From positions 1 through 43,612 of the IMG/VR virus record IMGVR_UViG_3300049573_000103: a stretch of DNA of 43,612 bases. The stretch is one strand, 5' to 3'. Every line of letters begins with the position of its first letter. The first letter of the stretch is position 1. Below, piece after piece: positions 40,430 through 43,612 of this stretch. The notes under the pieces are model-generated. The model made no database searches. It had not been told where the DNA came from and saw nothing but the letters and a program-made list of their open reading frames with translations. The stretch is from a virus. A program made the translations under genes and the position numbers.

Positions 40430-42351
40430 GCAGCCCTCGCGTAGAACTCGATCAGGTCGGCCAGGTCGTTGGCTACCTCGGCCGCCGCCATGTCCGGGCA
40501 GACGCTGTTGCCGATCAGGCGCACCTGGTCGGTCTTGGTGACCTGGCGCCACTCGTATTCGCCGCTGCCTGGTGCGGTTTCGAACAGGCCTCGGTCGATG
40601 ATGTAGCTGTCGGGGAAGCCCTGCGCCCGGGCGAGCTCGCGCGGCACCAGCATGCGCAGCGTGATGTCGGCCAGCACGTAGCCGCCCAGCAGCACCATGC
40701 CGGCGGGATCGGGGAAGTGCTCCGGCAGGTACTCGTGCAGGAAGTCGGCCACCGCCTTGGCGCGTTCGCGCAGCTCCGGCGCCAGCGTGTCGGCCGGCAC
40801 CTGCACGCACTGGATCAGGCCCATGCGGTCCTTCGTCGGCACCGTGTGCATCGGCTCGTCGCAGCCCTGCCACTGGCCGCCCTCGCCGTAATACTTGACC
40901 AGGTAGGCCGACACCAGCCGCTGGTTGGCTCCGCTGGCGCAGATGGTCGACACCGGATCGCGCAGGTCGCGGCCGTCGCCGTCGTAGAAACCGCCGTTGG
41001 CTTGCTCAAGGAAGGCGGAGACCGGCCCGAGGGCATGGGCCGCGCCAGCGGGGCGCTTCATGGCGCCGCCGGCGGTGATCGTATGCATCGGATCGTTCAG
41101 CGAGCTGCCCACGCTGTTGAAGCGGAACTTGGTGATATGGGCGGCGACCAGCGCGTGCTTCACGCCACCAGCCACCACCGTGCCCAACGGCTTGCCGATG
41201 TCCAGCGCGCGCGGTTCTTGCCCTTCCCGCTCGCCGTAGCCGGTCTGGACCAGCGCCGGCGCCACCAGCGAGAAATGCCCGCCCTTGATCTGAGCCACCT
41301 GCGTGCGCAGCGGATCGTCTGCCGGGAACACTCGCTGGCTGCTGCCGTTCGCGTGCTCGGTCAAGTAGGGCGTGACCAGCGCGTGGTGTGTGCCGCCACC
41401 CGTGATCGTGCTCAGCGGCTGGTCGATGGCGTGCGTCGATGTGTGCGCCTCGCTGGTGCCGCGGAGCGGCACGATGAACGGCTGCGGGCAGTTCAGCACG
41501 TAGCGCCACATGCCTTTCGCGATGCGCTTGAGCGTATTGGTCGCCAGCGGCTTCTTGCGGCCGAAGATCGAGCGCGCCGGCAGGCTGAAGTCGATGCACT
41601 CGGCGGCGGTGCGGTAAGGTTTCAGCTTGCCGGCCGCCACGGCTTTGCTGTCCTGCGCCGCATGAGTGTCCGGGCTCCAGGTGATCGGTCGGCCGTCGCG
41701 GCGGAACTTGATCACCAACCGTTTGCGGATGGTCTTGGCGCCCTTGTCGCACGCCCGGATTTCGCGCCAGTCGGCGGTGTAGCCCAGGCCGCGCACCAGC
41801 GCCGCGCGCGGCACTGCATCGCCCAGGAACTCCACGATCTCGTCCATGGCGGGGTGGTCATCGGCCAGGCCTTTGGTCATCACGTCGATGAACGCCCGGA
41901 ACGTCTCGCCCTTGCGCTCGGCGATCGCGCTGCCGCTGTCGTCCAGCGGGCACCAGTGGATGAACTCCTCCACGTTCTCCATCTCGATCACGCGCGGGGT
42001 GGCGAAGTAGCCCCAGCGCACCACCACCCAAGCCAGCCCGCGGATGCGCTTGCTGCGCGGCGCCTTGCCCTTGGCCTTGCTGTGGTGCCGGCAGTCCGGC
42101 GATGCCCACAGCAGGCCCACCGGCCGGCCCCGCGTAGCAGCCAGCGGGTCGACCTCGAACACGTCCGCCTGGTAGTGCTCGGTATGCGGGTGGTTGGCAC
42201 GGTGCACGGCGATCGCGATGGCGTTGTGGTTCACCGCCACGTCGGGCTCGCGGTAGGCGCGGGCGATGCCGGTGGACGCGCCGCCGCCGCCGGCGAACAG
42301 GTCCACCACCAGTTCCTGGTCGAAGTTGAGGAAGGCGGTCCCGTCAGCCAT
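40426..42351 (-). CDS. DNA (cytosine-5) methyltransferase with an unusually long, internally repetitive variable region
   Basis: 641 aa from ATG 42351. The motifs are DLFAGGGG (I), SPDC (IV), ENV (VI), QGFPDSY (IX) and GNSV (X). About 250 aa between motifs VIII and IX carry 6-7 repeats of (D/K)xP(L/M)xT(I/V)...LV. Confidence 0.9.
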   Translation of the reverse strand: MADGTAFLNFDQELVVDLFAGGGGASTGIARAYREPDVAVNHNAIAIAVHRANHPHTEHYQADVFEVDPLAATRGRPVGLLWASPDCRHHSKAKGKAPRSKRIRGLAWVVVRWGYFATPRVIEMENVEEFIHWCPLDDSGSAIAERKGETFRAFIDVMTKGLADDHPAMDEIVEFLGDAVPRAALVRGLGYTADWREIRACDKGAKTIRKRLVIKFRRDGRPITWSPDTHAAQDSKAVAAGKLKPYRTAAECIDFSLPARSIFGRKKPLATNTLKRIAKGMWRYVLNCPQPFIVPLRGTSEAHTSTHAIDQPLSTITGGGTHHALVTPYLTEHANGSSQRVFPADDPLRTQVAQIKGGHFSLVAPALVQTGYGEREGQEPRALDIGKPLGTVVAGGVKHALVAAHITKFRFNSVGSSLNDPMHTITAGGAMKRPAGAAHALGPVSAFLEQANGGFYDGDGRDLRDPVSTICASGANQRLVSAYLVKYYGEGGQWQGCDEPMHTVPTKDRMGLIQCVQVPADTLAPELRERAKAVADFLHEYLPEHFPDPAGMVLLGGYVLADITLRMLVPRELARAQGFPDSYIIDRGLFETAPGSGEYEWRQVTKTDQVRLIGNSVCPDMAAAEVANDLADLIEFYARAA

Positions 42352-43159
42352 GCGCCCTGCTCCCCGCCAGCAGATCCACGAACCACGGCGTGTGTCCTGC
42401 CGGCAGCTTGCGCAGGTCGACGTGGATCGCGTGGGTGATGATGAAGTTACGCAGCGCCTGGTTGGTGACGCGCCAGGGTGCGCGGCCGTCCGGGGTTGGC
42501 TGGTGGGTGGGGTCGCGTTCGGCGGCGAGCATGCCCAGGTGGATCCAGCGCGTGACGGTGGTGGGATCGTGGCCGAGCAGGCTGGCGACCTCGCGGGCGG
42601 TGTAGTCGTCCTCGCGCGGGTCGCGCTGGATCGCGCGGCGTTTGCGTTGCACGACAATCGCAGCTTCGGTGCGGCGGAAGCCCTGGCGCCGCAGTGCGTG
42701 TTGCACACCGGCGGGCCGCAGGTTGCGGGTGGCGCGCAGGATGTCCAGTTCCGCCGGGCTCCACGGTGTCTCGCGGAAACGCGGGGTGGTAAGGCCAAGG
42801 TCGCGCGCCCGGCGGCTCACCCACCACACCGGCCGCTCCAGGCGCTTGGCCAGCGCCACCACGTCGCCGCGCTGCATCGGGCGCTGATGCGCGGTGCGGA
42901 TGGCCTCATCCATGCCCGGCTCCAGCGTCCACGACTCGCGCACCAGCGGCTGGCTGGCGCAGCGCAGGCCCAGCGCGTTGGCATGCTGGTAGATCGCCGA
43001 CCGGCTGCGGTGCGGCAGCAGCGCGATCACGCCATTGATGCCGCCCTGCGGGTATGTCTCGCGCAGCACGCGGATCTCGCGCGTGGTCCAGGCCGCGCGG
43101 CTGATGGGCTGGGGGTGCGACATGCTGATGGAAGCGGTGCCGTCAGGCATGGGGCGCAT
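42344..43159 (-). CDS. DNA-binding protein with three Myb/SANT-like repeats and an excisionase/MerR-type HTH. An alternative start lies at 43123.
   Basis: The repeats are W(T/S)..E...L and the HTH is YTAREVASLLGHDPTTVTRWIHLGML. The start is uncertain because neither ATG has a well-spaced RBS. Confidence 0.6.
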   Translation of the reverse strand: MRPMPDGTASISMSHPQPISRAAWTTREIRVLRETYPQGGINGVIALLPHRSRSAIYQHANALGLRCASQPLVRESWTLEPGMDEAIRTAHQRPMQRGDVVALAKRLERPVWWVSRRARDLGLTTPRFRETPWSPAELDILRATRNLRPAGVQHALRRQGFRRTEAAIVVQRKRRAIQRDPREDDYTAREVASLLGHDPTTVTRWIHLGMLAAERDPTHQPTPDGRAPWRVTNQALRNFIITHAIHVDLRKLPAGHTPWFVDLLAGSRAHG

Positions 43160-43612
43160 CCTCCGGCCGCGGCAGCCCGAACACTTCCTCCAGACGCACC
43201 AGCAGCCGCCGCAGTTCGGTGGTCATCAGGAACAGGGTGGCGGTGGCTTCGTCGTGGGCGTCCTGCAGGCTGTCGCCAAGCGTGTCCAGCACCACGTCGA
43301 GGAAGCGCAGTTTGTGCAGCACCAGGTCTTCGCCCAGCACAAAGCTGATGCGGTCGTCGTAGACCAGGCCAAGCTTGAACACCTGCTTGCCGCTGCGCAG
43401 GTGTTCCTTGACCTCCTCGGCGTCCATGTCCTGCCGGCGGGCACGGATGACGGCGCCGGCGGCGGTGGCGGGGTCGCGCAGTTCGCACTCGTCGCCCAGG
43501 GCGAAGCCGGCCGGCAGGCGGCCGGTGGCCAGCCAGTCGGTCAGCAGTACGCGCGGGCCTTCCTCCGGTGCCGGCGGCACGGCGGGGAAGCTGCCCAGCG
43601 CCTCGCGCCAGC
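43143..43612 (-). CDS. rdgC: RdgC homologue, C-terminal part (joins 1..587 on the circular map; 43486-43612 duplicates 1-127)
   Basis: ...VLLTDWLATGRLPAGFALGDECELRDP...GAVIRARRQDMDAEEVKEHLRSGKQVFKLGLVYDDRISFVLGEDLVLHKLRF parallels E. coli RdgC (...LTEWVRSG...GFQLLDEAELK...GGVIRAKKQDLTSEEI..HIEAGK.VTKLAL.W..RI.FV...DGSLKRLKF). Confidence 0.85.
   Translation of the reverse strand, partial: WREALGSFPAVPPAPEEGPRVLLTDWLATGRLPAGFALGDECELRDPATAAGAVIRARRQDMDAEEVKEHLRSGKQVFKLGLVYDDRISFVLGEDLVLHKLRFLDVVLDTLGDSLQDAHDEATATLFLMTTELRRLLVRLEEVFGLPRPEDAPHA
43486..43612. repeat. Second copy of the 127-bp terminal direct repeat
   Basis: Identical to 1-127 by direct comparison. Confidence 0.95.

Noticed and set aside
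1-43612. CRISPR arrays, rRNA, tRNA, IS or transposon ends, and reverse transcriptase / DGR or retron components
   Set aside because: I noticed no regularly spaced direct repeats, no tRNA-like cloverleaf in the few non-coding gaps, no transposase, and no RT motifs (YxDD) in any protein-like ORF. This was scanned by eye only, so short elements could have been missed.

Overview
This GC-rich window (about two-thirds G+C by eye) looks like one complete, circularly closed genome of a temperate siphovirus-type phage or prophage. Bases 1-127 are identical to 43486-43612, so the unique length is 43,485 bp, and an rdgC-like gene reads straight across that junction. Almost every gene lies on the minus strand in one tightly packed series with many ATGA/GTGA start-stop overlaps. 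In transcription order the series runs: Cro-like switch genes; early and accessory genes (serine recombinase, several HTH proteins, tyrosine recombinase 1, RdgC, C5 DNA methyltransferase, GemA-like protein); lambda O/P-like replication genes; tyrosine recombinase 2; terminase; portal-MuF fusion; protease/scaffold; decoration and major capsid proteins; connector and tail genes, including a G/GT -1 frameshift, tape measure, J-like protein and a 1207-aa tail fibre; then endolysin, holin and spanins. Only two units are on the plus strand: a CI-like repressor followed by two lower-GC moron genes, and tyrosine recombinase 3. The most interesting observation is a strongly dif-like site, TGTATA-TTATGTAAAAT. 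Its central hexamer is identical to the canonical dif and its XerD arm matches 10 of 11. It sits in an AT-rich intergenic island about 100 bp upstream of plus-strand recombinase 3, which suggests a self-contained Xer/dif-like integration or dimer-resolution module on a tailed phage. Other points worth a second look are: four site-specific recombinases in 43 kb; a C10 homopolymer that breaks an early ORF; a Hint/intein-like autoprocessing domain at the tail-fibre C-terminus; iterons plus an AT-rich stretch inside the O-like gene; and a plus-strand intrinsic terminator embedded in the minus-strand early region. I found no CRISPR array, rRNA or tRNA. All family assignments come from motif recognition by eye, not from searches.
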